From Ruditapes philippinarum (taxonomy: Eukaryota), in contig NW_026858332.1 in assembly GCF_026571515.1 (NCBI RefSeq), positions 1 through 64,000 on the forward strand: DNA of 64,000 bases, given 5' to 3'. The number at the start of each line of letters is the position of its first letter. Position 1 is the stretch's first letter. Of this stretch, positions 37,740 through 64,000 are shown in pieces. The notes beneath the pieces were generated by a model, which saw nothing but the letters and a program-made list of their open reading frames with translations, did no database searches and had not been told where the DNA came from. Both the position numbers and the translations under genes were made by a program.

Positions 37740-39960
37740 GTTTGGGAAAATAAAAAACATGTAAAAAAGGAAAAAGGAAAAAAATTTTTTTTTCAAAAAA
37801 AGAGAAATTTCCAGAATTTGGGGTTTTAAAAAACCCAATTTCCTGTAGATTCCAAAAGCTGAAATTCGCTAAAAAAAGACTCGATAAGGGTTTTAAAAAA
37901 AATTTTATACTGGTTTTACCCGGAAAAATTCAGGGGGGTTTAGACTTCGAAGGGGGTTATAAGAGATTTCTGATCTCGCGCTCTACGCTGGATAAAGGGA
38001 AAATTTTCCAAAGTCTAGGTTTTATGATTATTTAATGGACTGTCCAAAAAACAGAAAAGAAACAGTTTTTTCCCCAAAAAATTAAACCCTTTCGGGTTTC
38101 CCCTTCCATTTCATTGCAATTACATAAAAACAAGGCCAAATTTTAATGCATAAACCAAAATTTTAGGTTTTATAACAAATTTTCATAAAATAACAATTTC
38201 AAAAAAAAAAAAAAATCAGTAGTACTATAAATCAAAACTATAATCAAAAAAAGGTAGAGGATGAGCCATAAATATTATACGTTAGAATAGCATTGCGAAG
38301 TTTTGATGCATGAAAATAAATAGGAAGTCAAATTATTTTACACAGATTTTTTCTTTGATTTTAACAGTTCGCAATAAAGTCAAGACATTTAAAGATTTTT
38401 CAATCCATAAATTTTCAGAAAATTTCAATTTTGGGAAATTTTTAGTTTTTAAGTTTACACTGAAAACCACAGCTTAAAAACAAGGTTTTTTTTATTGATT
38501 GGTTTTTTATTTATAAAAAAGGTTTGGTTAGGTTTTTCCCTTTTTTTGATGATTTGGAAATTTTTTTAAAAAGGTTAAAAGAAAGTAACAAAAATTTTCT
38601 GAATTTTCCATACTGTTACATTTTAAACATTTTAAAAAACGGGAAACCCTTTTTAATTTTAAAAATGCGGTTTTTGACTTTTTAATGCAAAAAATTTTTT
38701 TTGTTTTTTTTTACTAAATGTTGTAAATTTTCAATGATAAAAATCTGTTTAAAAATTTTTGGAATTTTTCCAAAAAATTTCAGGGCTGTCCGTAAAATTT
38801 TATTTTAGGAAAATTTTGGAATTTTTACCAGGGGAAGGGGGGAAACACTGAAAGTGGCTCTGGAAAATCCCAAAAGGGGTTGTAAATGTTACCCCGGATC
38901 GAACCCGGGGCCTCCAAAGGAAGGGGGGTCAGGGTCTTTAAAAACCCAAATGAAGTATCGTGCCACATTTTATACCCAAGTTTAGGACCCAAAAACAAAA
39001 AAGTTTTTCTAGTACAGGGGTTTTTCACAAAATAAATTTTGAAATCCCTTTTTTAAAAGGAAATATAAATTTGGGTAGCTCTGTTGAAGAGTGGCAATTT
39101 GAAGGTCTTGGGTTTATGTGGGCAGTATTTTTTTGTCAAAATGTGAAGGGCCCCGCCTTTTTTTGGTAAAAAAGCGCATATGTCATAAAAAAATTGTGGA
39201 AAAAAAAAAACATTTCCAAATTTCTTGGGTTTTCATAAAAATTTTTAAAAACCCGAAACGGGTTGATTATAAGTTCTACATTTAAAAACCAGGGCCCCAA
39301 AAATCCCTTCTGTTTTAAAGGCGAATATTTGGGTGGCCCTTTCCCCAACCAAACTGCCTCTTTTTCCCCTAGTTTTTTTGAAAAATTTCTTTTAGATTAG
39401 AAAAAAATTTAAATCATTGGTGTTGAATTTTAAAGGTCTTTTTACTGCTTTATTTTAAGTATTTCCCATGCTTTGCTTACTTTTCAATATTATTAGAAGA
39501 AAAACTTGGTTACAAGTTTGTTAACACTTGAGACCTCCTTTTCCTAAAGTATGCCAAAAAATCACGAATATTTTTTCCCCAATTGAAAAAGGGCCTTAAA
39601 AGGCCCCTTCTTCCCAAAAAATGCCTGGTTTTGGCCCTTGAAAAACTGTTTCAAAGTCCAAGGGTACTTTAACACGCGTTAACATGCACAAAACCATTTA
39701 ACTTGATTAAGCTATTTCTGTTGTTATTGCAATTGGTGTAAAATCAAGGGTTTTACCCGAAAGAAATAAACTTGTATGTTCGAAGACAAATCCCCAATTA
39801 TTTTGGATGTGAAAATCTCTTTGAAATTGTGAATTTTTTTCCGCTGCTTTGTGAAAAAAAAGAGTGCAATTTTGAATTGTGAAGGGCCCCTGTTATAGAA
39901 GGAAAAACAGTGTCTATTTTAGGAGGGGGGATGAGGCGATTCATTTATATTTTTGAGAAT
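37740..39960. other. Probable low-quality consensus (homopolymer-inflated sequence)
   Basis: Abrupt excess of A/T/C/G runs, and the LINE tail becomes unreadable here. The same texture occurs at ~32990-33430. Confidence 0.7.
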
Positions 39961-39969
39961 TCCCCCCTA

Positions 39970-40874
39970 TTTTTAGCTCACCTGTCACAAAGTAACATGG
40001 TTAGCTTTTATGATAGCTTTTCATCTGGAGTCTGTCCGTCCGTAAACTTTTACTTTAAACAACAGCTCCTCATAAACCACTGAGATAATTTCATCCATAC
40101 TTGAATGTAACTTCACAGGAATGTTCCTTTGGTTGTCAACTTAAACATTTGTTCAAAGAATTTAATTCCAAGCAGATCTTTGGTTGCAATGGCAACCGAA
40201 AGAAAAAAACTTAAAATATCTTCTTTTAGAAAACCAAAAGAGCTAGAGCTTAAGTATTTGGCATAAAACATCATCTAGTCAGTGTCTACCAAGTGCTCTT
40301 GGGTCAAAATTGGCCACGTCCCGGGGGGGTCATTAATTTTCCACATCTGTATGTAGTAAAAACTTAAAAAATCTTCTTTTAAAAACCCCAAAGAGCTAGA
40401 GCTAAGATATTGAGCATGAAACATCTTCTAATGGGTGTCTACCAAGTTTGTTCAAATAAGGGCCCTTGGGTTAAAATTGGCCCCTCCCCAGGGGTCATTG
40501 ATTATCCTTTTGTGTATAGTATAAACTTAAAAAATCTTCTTATAAAAAACCCAAAGAGCTAGAGTTTAGATATTAAGCATGAAATATCTTATATTGAGTG
40601 TCTACCAAGTTTGTTCAAATAAAAGCCCTGGAGTCAAAATTGGGCCCTGCCAAGGGGGTCATTGTTTTTCCCTATAATTATGTATATAGTAAAAACTTAA
40701 AAAATCTTCCTTATAAAAACCCCAAAGAGCTAAAGCTTAGATAATTATCATGAAACATCTTCAAATGGGTGTCTACCAAGTTTGTTCAAATAAAAGCCCC
40801 TGGTTTAAAATTGGCCTTGGCCCAGGGGCCTATATACAGGTGAGCGATTTCAGGGCCATCATGGCCCTCTTGTT
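39970..40874 (+). mobile_element. HINE family A copy 1 (~166-bp central repeats)
   Basis: TTTTTAGCTCACCTGTCACAAAGT... (GTCC)n ... CTACCAAGTTTGTTCAAAT units ... CAGGTGAGCG...GGGCCATCATGGCCCTCTTGTT. Confidence 0.88.
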
Positions 40875-41516
40875 TCAGAAACAGGGGGGAAATTTTACAT
40901 AGTTAAAGAAGGAAAAAAATCAACAAATGTAATACATTCTCACTTTTAGGTAAAAATCCCCTCTGTTTTTCAAATCCTAAAATAGACACTGGCAAAAAAG
41001 CCCTGTGTATCCCGGTCAGGCTGCACTTTTTCTCACCCTGTAGCATTTGTCGCCCAAAGTTTACCATATAACTAAAAAGTTTCCATTTTTAGCTTACCTG
41101 TTACAAAGAGCATTATGACAATAAATCCATAATTTTAATTCTTTGAAATGTCAAATATTTGTATAACAATTTTTGAATAATAGATTAAGTGCATTTAAAT
41201 TTGAACATGTGTTACAAGTGAAAAAAGAATCGATGAACATGCAGTTATGTTTCGTAAAGGTAAAATGTAAACAAATTAGTATTTTGACTTCCATACAATT
41301 TCCTTATTCACTATAATTATACAAATTGCCAACAGAACTAAAGATGCAAAAAATAGTTCATGTATATAGCAAAGGAGTATATTTTTTGTGAACTAACAAT
41401 ATACCAAAAAAACAACAGTTGCATTTCTGAGGTATAATGGGCCTTTACTTTTAATTTGAATGAAAAAATGATTTTCAAAGTATTTATTGTGTTTGAAATT
41501 TCATATACAAGTGTAA

Positions 41517-56118
<14,602 letters not shown>

Positions 56119-56720
56119 CAGGAAGTAACTGTAACACATGGTGAAATTGGTGCTAGTGGTGGAAAGCTTCTTCAGAATCTTACAGTTGGGACTGAAAAGC
56201 TTTGTTCTGCAGATGGAAAAAAATGGAATGAAATTAAAATAGACTTGTTGAGCCACTGAATTGCCAACTATCATTAAACTGATGATAATATGCTGTTTTC
56301 TCTGATAAACTCAGTATAACTGTTGTCTATTTGTTATTTTATGGTTTATTTAAGGTCAGAAATCACCAACAATTTCAAGGTCTTCAAAAATGCTGGTAAA
56401 GGAAGTAAAGTTCCTAAAACATCGTCGATCATTATATCCAATTATTGTTTTTATTTACCCTGTCATGTATATTACCTAGTAACATCATTGTCTACAGTTG
56501 TCTGATGATACTGGTAGTTTTTTATTATCTAACTGACAGGTATTTTATTTATCAAGAGTCTAACTTAAAAAAGAAAATAAAATCAAAAAGACCATGTCTA
56601 TAATAAACTACAACCTTTTTATTTCCTGGAGAAAAAAACAAAAAGAGGAAAATCTTTTTGAATAAATTATGGTTATATCAAGTTACAATCTTAGTTGTTA
56701 TATTTTATTTCATTTGATTC

Positions 56721-57970
56721 TTTTTTAGCTCACCTGTCACAAAGTGACATGGTGAGCTTTTGTGATCGCTTTTCGTCTGTCGTCCGTAAACTTTTACTTT
56801 AAACGACATCTCCGCATAAACGGCTAAGCCAATTTCATCCAAACTTCACAGGAATGTTCCTTTGGTAGTGGACTTTAAAAATTGTTCAAAGAATTTAATT
56901 CCATGCAGAAGAAAAAACTTAAAAAATCTTCTTTAAAAAACCAAAAGACCTAGAGCTGAAATATATCGCATGAAGCTTCATCTAGTCAGAGTCTACCAAG
57001 TTTGTTCAAATGATAGCCCTGGGGTCAAAATCGGCCCCACCCCAGGGGTCATTGATTTCCATATATGTATATAGTAAAAACTTAAAACATCTTCTTTTAA
57101 AAAATTCAAATAGCTATAGCTTAGATTTTTGGCATGAAACATCTTCAGGTGGGTGTCTACCAAGTTTGTGTAAATAAAATCCCTTGGGTCAAAATTGGCC
57201 CTGTCCCAGGGGGTTATTGTTTTCCCTATACAGTCGAACTTCCTTAGCTCAAACTGGGAGGGCCTGTGCAAATTTGTTCGAGAGATTGGTAGTTCGAGCC
57301 AACCAAGGTTGAACTATTATCACGGAGGACATAGACATAAAAGTTTCCAGCTAATATCTGTCGAATGATAAATACGTCAATATAATTGTTTGTAAGTACA
57401 TCAGTTCGTCGAATACGTCATTTCTTTTAAGTATTAGAAATTATTGTCCCAGTGTTTTTAAACGAGTATTAACGGTACACTGTGTTAATCTATAATCATG
57501 CATTAAAAACCCAAATAGCTATAGCTTAGATATTAAGCATGATACATCTTCTAGTTGGTGTATACCAAGTTTGTTCAAATAAAAGCTCTAGGGTCAAAAT
57601 TGGCCCCGCCCCAGGGGGGTCATTGTTTTTCCCTTTGTGTATATAAAAACTGAAAAAATCTTCTTATAAAAACCCAAAGAGCTAGAGTTTAGATACCAAT
57701 CATTAAATATCTTCTTGTGAGTGTGTACCAAGTTTGTTAAAATAAAATCCCTTGGGTCAAAATTGGCCCGACCCGGGAGGGGGGCATTATTGTTTTTCCC
57801 TATTTGTGTATAGTAAACACTTATAAAATCTTCTTTTAAAATCCCCAAAGTGCTAGAGCTTAGATATTTATTATTAGGTGTCTACCAAAATTGTTCAAAT
57901 AGAAGCCCTTTGGTTAAAATTGGCCCTACCCCAGGTGAGCGATTTCAGGGCCATAATGACCCTCTTGTTT
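56721..57970 (+). mobile_element. HINE family A copy 4, with a nested truncated TA|CAGTCGAAC-type DNA transposon end (~57230-57500)
   Basis: Family A termini. The repeat array is interrupted at CCCTATA|CAGTCGAACTTCCTTAGCTCAAAC and resumes at ~57505. Confidence 0.82.
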
Positions 57971-59483
57971 AAAACTTATATAGGTAATATACATTATCTT
58001 TAATAATATTTGTAAACTTGATAAATGGGCTAGATGGTTGGCATCATTTACTTGGCCCTCTTTTCCATTGGTTTGAATTCTCCCAAGAAAATTAAATTGA
58101 TCCAGATTGCTTGCAGAAAGTTTGTAATTCTACTCAAGTTAGTAATTCTACTCGATTTAGTAATTCTACCAGAGTAATTCTATTAGAATCGGTAATTTTA
58201 CTCAGTCTGTGAAATAAGACTGGCCCCAATTTCTTCTCTGATCAGTACAAAACAAGAGCATTAGGGAATAAAGTACACTTCCAGATAAAAATAAAGATAT
58301 ATTACAAATCAATATAGAATGACAAACAAATTAACATACTTTTACATTTTTTTTTATTCAAAAAGTTTTTACTTTTCTAGCATTTGAGATATAAATTTAT
58401 ATCTAGAAATAAATCTCTATGAGTAAATGCCTTTACACCATATACAGTATAAATAACACATAGTATTTACATAAAAAAAATCTGCAAATCATGTCAAATC
58501 AAGAAAACTGTGCCATGAATCTTGCATGTGAAAAGGAAATCCTTTAGGTCCTATGCAAAATTTGTTGCCCCTTTATTTCAAATTACAAGTTAAAACCTTT
58601 GATTGTTTTTTCAAATTATGCTCCAGGCAAAAATGTTGAATGGCACGACTGAGAAAATTAATTTAAAGAACCTGCAAATCCGTATATAATCACCCTATAG
58701 ACATAAATTCACAATACACATCAGCATGGTGCAGTTAACATTTTATTGCAAGAATTGCAAAAATAAGACAAATGTTTCAATCAGACACATAATTATTTAT
58801 CACAGATATATCGTAGGATTTATGTACAAATATCAGTTTTACCAAAACACCTGAAACCTTCACCTGCTCAATTTGTTTAATGGATTTGCCCAGTTTTAAT
58901 TTTGGGACATTCCATTTCATGTTTGAGGGATTTCAGTAACAAAATGCAGAAATACTGACGGACAAGGCTAATCACATTCAAGTTGAGTTGAAATCTTTCT
59001 AATACAATAATGTAATGGTTCATCAATACATTTAATTCACGACTATCTAATGATCCCTTAGCACATACAAGCATGTGCAAATCTTTAAATGAAATACAAA
59101 ATTAATTTTTCATAAACTTATAAACATAAGGTGGCAGTGGATAGACTGATTACATACATGTATATTCATTTCATATGTTTAAATAAAAATCACTGAGAGC
59201 TGGGTACAGAATTTTCAGCAATTTCTGAATATCTTGTACCAGGCCTGGAAAGTTTCGCAAAAACTTCAAAATACACAAAATCTTGCAGCAATATGTATAC
59301 ATTCAAGACTGTCATTTTATCGATATAACCTACACAGGCTATCCATAAATGCAACACTCAAAGTTTACCAATAATTGTGTCCAACTTTATATTATACATG
59401 ACAGCCATGTTATCCAAGTCTATCTATACACAACTGTCATATTATCTTTGTTGATCTATACACTAAATTATTTCATATATTCA

Positions 59484-62400
59484 CTAAGCATCACAGCTAA
59501 CGAGGGGAGGTGGCTTTCTGGTGCGACCTTCAGTTGCTAACTTTTGGCGTAATCTTCTAACTTCATTTAATAAACTAATTTCTCGCTCATCAAAACCTCG
59601 TCTCTTTGTCTCCAAGGAAACTAAAAGATGAAAGACAAATGTTACATTTAATTATCATAGCTCTATTGTATATACTTAAGGACTGACTTTCTTAATAATT
59701 TGTGATCACATAAATGTGAGTGAGACTAAAAAAAGGATTGGAGCACCACACTAAATTCCGTTATATACGGATAAGGGGTTTGAATGCTTAAATGCTAAAA
59801 TTTTGCCTTTTTACCCAACACCCAACGAGTGAACTTTAAAAGGTCTAATTCATCTTTTCAGATCGATTTATGTATGAAAATGAATGAAAAATGTAATAAT
59901 CAGGGCAAAATAAACGATATTTGACTATTTTATGATCATGATTTCTGCAAGCATCTAGAGGTACTGCTCCTGTCCTGAGTTAAATCCCATAAATATCAGT
60001 ATTCTCAAGAAGGCTAAATGTGAACAATTTCAGGTTTTGTTGTCATTGTTTTGATCGATTTAAGTCGCATGTAACACACTTTCCAGCTTTACTGGTTGAG
60101 GAAGACCCTTCGTGCACTATTTCCAGCATAAGCTGTCATCTCAGGAAAGAAGTAAGAAGATTTTTTCATTATTTTTAAACAGAAGAAACATTATCTTAAA
60201 AAGAAAATTCTTCTGGAAATGATAATGTTATACATGCCACACACACTATTTCAGAAATTTTTGCAGTAGCAAACTGGTTAACGTAAAAGTGAAACAGAGT
60301 ATAATTATTAACTTACTAGAAGAGGCCATAGAGTCTGTATCTGCTGTAGACAAAGATTCAAAAGATTTTAACAACTCCGATCTCGTTGTACCATCTAGAT
60401 ATGACTGCCCTAATCTTGATCCTGCAAAAGTAATATCATAGGTTCATCATTAAATAGAAATACCTATATTTAACATTACAAAGCAATCCTATGGTGAGGT
60501 TTATAACATTGTGGGGAGAATTCTTTGTCCCCAGTTTTTTCAAGCCAAGATCACTTAGTGGAATAATAAAATCATTATTAATTTGAAACGGGATACAACA
60601 GTAACTTAAAACAGCTAAATCTTTAAAAAAATCGGACCTTTTTTTAAAGATACTTATTTCATCTTTACGGGAACAAAAAGTGATTAGCCTTGACTGGTCA
60701 CTAAAAAAGCCAGTGTAGTCTGACCAGGCTTTATAATTTCTTTAACTTTTAATGGACTGTTTTTATTCAAAGCAGGACATATCCATTATACATACATAGC
60801 GGGTAAGGGTTAAAAAGTTTGATCATTTCTTTCTTTTAACATGTTACATAGAAACACCAACATACTGTAAGTACTATCTATAGCATCTTCTGTCAGGTCC
60901 CTGCCGTGAGCTTGACCTAGTTCCGCATCCTGGGCAACAAAATCGAGCCTGCGTGCATTAGCCTGGTCAGCTAGTTTACGCTGGGTCTGCCGCTCTTCCT
61001 CCCCTTCAGCATGGTCATCTAACTGAAAAAACAGAGAATAAAAGCTGATATTCATGTACATTACTTGAGAAGTAAGTTTCCAAGTTACCTTATAAACAAT
61101 GATGAGTGAGATGACCTTGATGTTATGGTGTTTGCTTCTCTACCTAGCCTTACAAGGGTTCAAGTGGTTCAAATATGCTTAAAGTTTTAATGACATTCAA
61201 GCTAAACTAAATATGTTTAAAACAAACAATTGACAACTGTAAAGAACTTTTTTCAACTGTTAATTAAGGGCATATGACTGCAGACAACTTTATATATTCA
61301 TCAACATCATAAATTAACCTTTAGACTTCAGCCTGCAGATGGCTACATAATCTATCCATGTGACCAGTACATGCAGTACAGACAAAGGTCTACCATCAGA
61401 TCTAGATCTACACTGTTTACTTTAAAGTTTACAGTCAGAACAAATTTTGAACATGATGAATGGTTTAGTCCAGATTGAAAGATGGACAATTACATTTAGA
61501 TCTTCAGCATGGTAAGAGTTAATGTAGTTGAAATCTTTGCTAAATAATAAATATATTGAGATTTGAAGTTATCAAAGAACATGGTAAGGACTTTATCTAG
61601 CTTTGCTATTTTCAACATAAAATTTGTATTTTCTTTCATCAAATATTTATTGTGCAGGGATTTGATTGATATGTACTTCTTTAAGTCCTAGTGAAAAAGA
61701 AATATGTTTTCCTCTTTCTTTCCTTTCAAGTGAAGAAAAACAAACCAAAAGTCATATTTCAATATTATTAAATATGATATTTTTCTTACTCGTTTATCTT
61801 GGCATTTCCTCATCAAGTTATGAACCTCCTGTTCTAACCCTCGATTCTCTGCATTCTTTCTACCCAACTAAAATTATAAAAAAAAATGTATATTATAAAA
61901 TTAGATAACATTCGCTTACTTCATTTTTCTTTATAAATTTAATATACCAGTTAAATCTTACATTATTACATGGCATCTGAAAACAAAGCCTTGATGTAAA
62001 TTACTTATCATCATTTTCCAATACAATATCTCCTTTACAAACATGTTAATACATCTATTTGTAACAGAACATATATTCTTTGGGACATTACAACACTCAA
62101 ATCATAGAACATTATGACTTGGTTTTATATATGACCCCAAAAATATTCAAAAGAAAATCAAATCTTAACTAATATTTCATAACCACAATTATAACAAATA
62201 AAACAATATATTTTGAAATCAAAACAATAAGTTTTGAAATCAAAACAATTCATTTTGAAATCAATATTAGCACTGAAACATTTATTCAATTGAATCGAAG
62301 AATGGATCTTGTTTATCATCAAAATTCTATTTTTAGAAATCTTACTTGTACAGTTTTGACCTCCCTTTGAAGATCTTCCAGCCTATGTCTATACTCTACT

Positions 62401-63541
62401 TCATTTCCTGCCCACACATCAATGTTCTTCTGTGATGCCCGTGCCAGGTTCTCCTCCATAGTCTGTAATATATTATGTATAATTATAATGATTAATAGTT
62501 TTATTCAACAATGTTTGGATTTTAAGCCACATGATCATTAAGATCAAGTTATACATGTACAATCAATTCTTCAGATTTACTTTTAAAGGACATGTAACTT
62601 AGAAGACCCTTTGTGCATTTATAATATTGGGCACAAGAAGATTCATGCGTAAAACCACCAACCTTCTATGACATATGTAGATAACTACTAACAAATAAAA
62701 ATTTGATGCCTCAGCTTGGATCAAACCCACATCAATTAGAGCAATGTGTTTCTATGTGAAGCAACATAAAAAACTTGGTCCAAAAAGTAATAAAAATATT
62801 ATAGAGTAAAAATACAGATTTTTGAGAACAAAAGTTGATTTAGCAATTGTGTAAATTTACATGAATGACAAAATTTGAATTTTATATGATAAAGAATCAG
62901 GATATTTTTCTTTTTTGGTTAGGTTTACCATCGCACCAACACAAAATAGGTAATATGGCAAATTTCCAGCTTAACTGGTGGAGGAAGACCTGAGGTGCCC
63001 CTAATGCATTATTTCGGACACAAACGGGCACCCAAGCAGAACCACCAATGTTCTGTAAGCCAGCTGGATAGTTTCTTTACATGAAAGAATCTTAAGTCCT
63101 TGGCATGATATAAATATTGAACTCTACCTTGCGAGCCTCCATTTCTCTCTCACGCTCTGCGTCTTTCAATCTCTGCTGTATTCTATCTTCTAACTCAGCT
63201 TGTTTACGATGCATATCTTGTTCTGTACGTAGATGATGTGACGATGTGGCATACTCTCGAAACAATTCCTGAAAATTATAGATATGATGCATTCTCTATA
63301 ATTCTGGTTTCACACAGTCACCCAAAGATTGACATTATAGTTTCTTCTTTTTTAAAAGACAATATATATTCTTGGCTCAATTTGTTTTACAAATATTTGA
63401 GGTTGTAATATGGTATCTCTGAAAAACAAGTATAGATAATTCAAATACCTGTTCAAACATTTTTTTCTTCAGTTGTAACTCCATGTTTCGTATTTCAGCC
63501 TCTTCAATGGCAGCCTCCGTCTCCTGGTCACGTAATAATGC
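59484..63541 (-). CDS. TBC1D31: 3' part (last 7 exons) of a coiled-coil protein gene, probably TBC1 domain family member 31 (WDR67). Exons 63541-63449, 63268-63128, 62462-62346, 61867-61790, 61022-60866, 60421-60317, 59620-59484. Continues beyond the window
   Basis: Seven GT-AG exons join in frame (ALLRDQETEAAIEEAEIRNMELQ...ISLETKRRGFDEREISLLNEVRRLRQKLATEGRTRKPPPLVSCDA*). The gene structure is strong. The name rests only on recalled resemblance of the C-terminus (SL...R..F..RE..L..EVR.LRQKLA) to TBC1D31 orthologs. Confidence 0.65.
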
Positions 63542-64000
63542 CTGAAATAAACATCATAATTGCTACAAACACATATTCCATGATCTGTCAATTTAAATTT
63601 GTAATGTTATGAAAAATTATAGCCATGATAAAATATTTCCCATCTTGTCTTTATTGATTTTAAACACACTCAAAAAGCAGTGTACAAAACAACCCCTATA
63701 ATAATAGTTATTTTCCTGAAGGTAATTTTCCTAGGGTAATAAAAGAGAATGGAGACAGTCTAGTTAAATCGATTGGCTAGTTTTGTAATAAACCAATAAT
63801 CATACACCATTTACAGACTGCATTTACAGACAGGTCTTTATAGTTTATTTCATAAATCTAAATGAAAGTTACTACTATAATACTTGAAGTTTCTACAAAA
63901 ATATTTGGACTTTTCCATATTGCCTCTATTTACTGTATGTTTTAGGCTTTTATACATCTGCAGAACAGTTTTTACTCCAACTTTTAAATTTATTTATTTG

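Larger units (their letters stand above)
29860..38010 (+). mobile_element. CR1/L2-clade LINE 3' fragment, split by an LTR element (30000-36577) and a HINE (36607-37692)
   Basis: 29881-29999 encodes MVQCIRNLSYVERLNILEIPTLAYRRFRGDIIQVWKLLNG, the typical ORF2 tail (LSYEERL..L.L.TL..RR.RGD.I..YK...G). It resumes after the right LTR as KEDIDYNVF and after the HINE as FEKAQLDNHHIRGNSMK (TRGHS.K motif). The rest is garbled. Confidence 0.8.

Overview
AT-rich, intron-containing animal DNA, most likely a bivalve (oyster-like, inferred from tandem HSPA12 genes and Helentron-type elements carrying satellite arrays; the species cannot be fixed from sequence alone). (1) ~3.0-26.3 kb: a tandem segmental duplication with two minus-strand, 5-exon HSPA12-family (Hsp70-12) genes. 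The right copy is intact (591 aa). The left copy is a pseudogene (4-bp TTAA insertion creating a stop, plus a +1 frameshift). Each copy has private MITE/Helentron insertions. (2) ~29.9-38.0 kb: a nested insertion stack. A CR1/L2-type LINE 3' fragment is split by a short LTR element (217-bp LTRs, ATGG TSD, 18-nt tRNA-Ser PBS, PPT) whose only internal ORF is a TatD-family nuclease domain, with no gag/pol. That ORF is split in its LLE|SDAPY motif by a 5.14-kb hAT-like DNA transposon with a 7-bp TSD. The TatD-carrying LTR element is the most unusual object in the window. (3) 41.5-56.1 kb: a 9-exon mRNA cap guanine-N7 methyltransferase gene (RNMT, + strand, 407 aa from the first visible ATG) with many Helentron-type, MITE and SINE insertions. 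(4) 59.5-64 kb: the last 7 exons of a convergent coiled-coil gene, probably TBC1D31. Two stretches (~32990-33430 and ~37740-39960) look like error-rich unpolished consensus.
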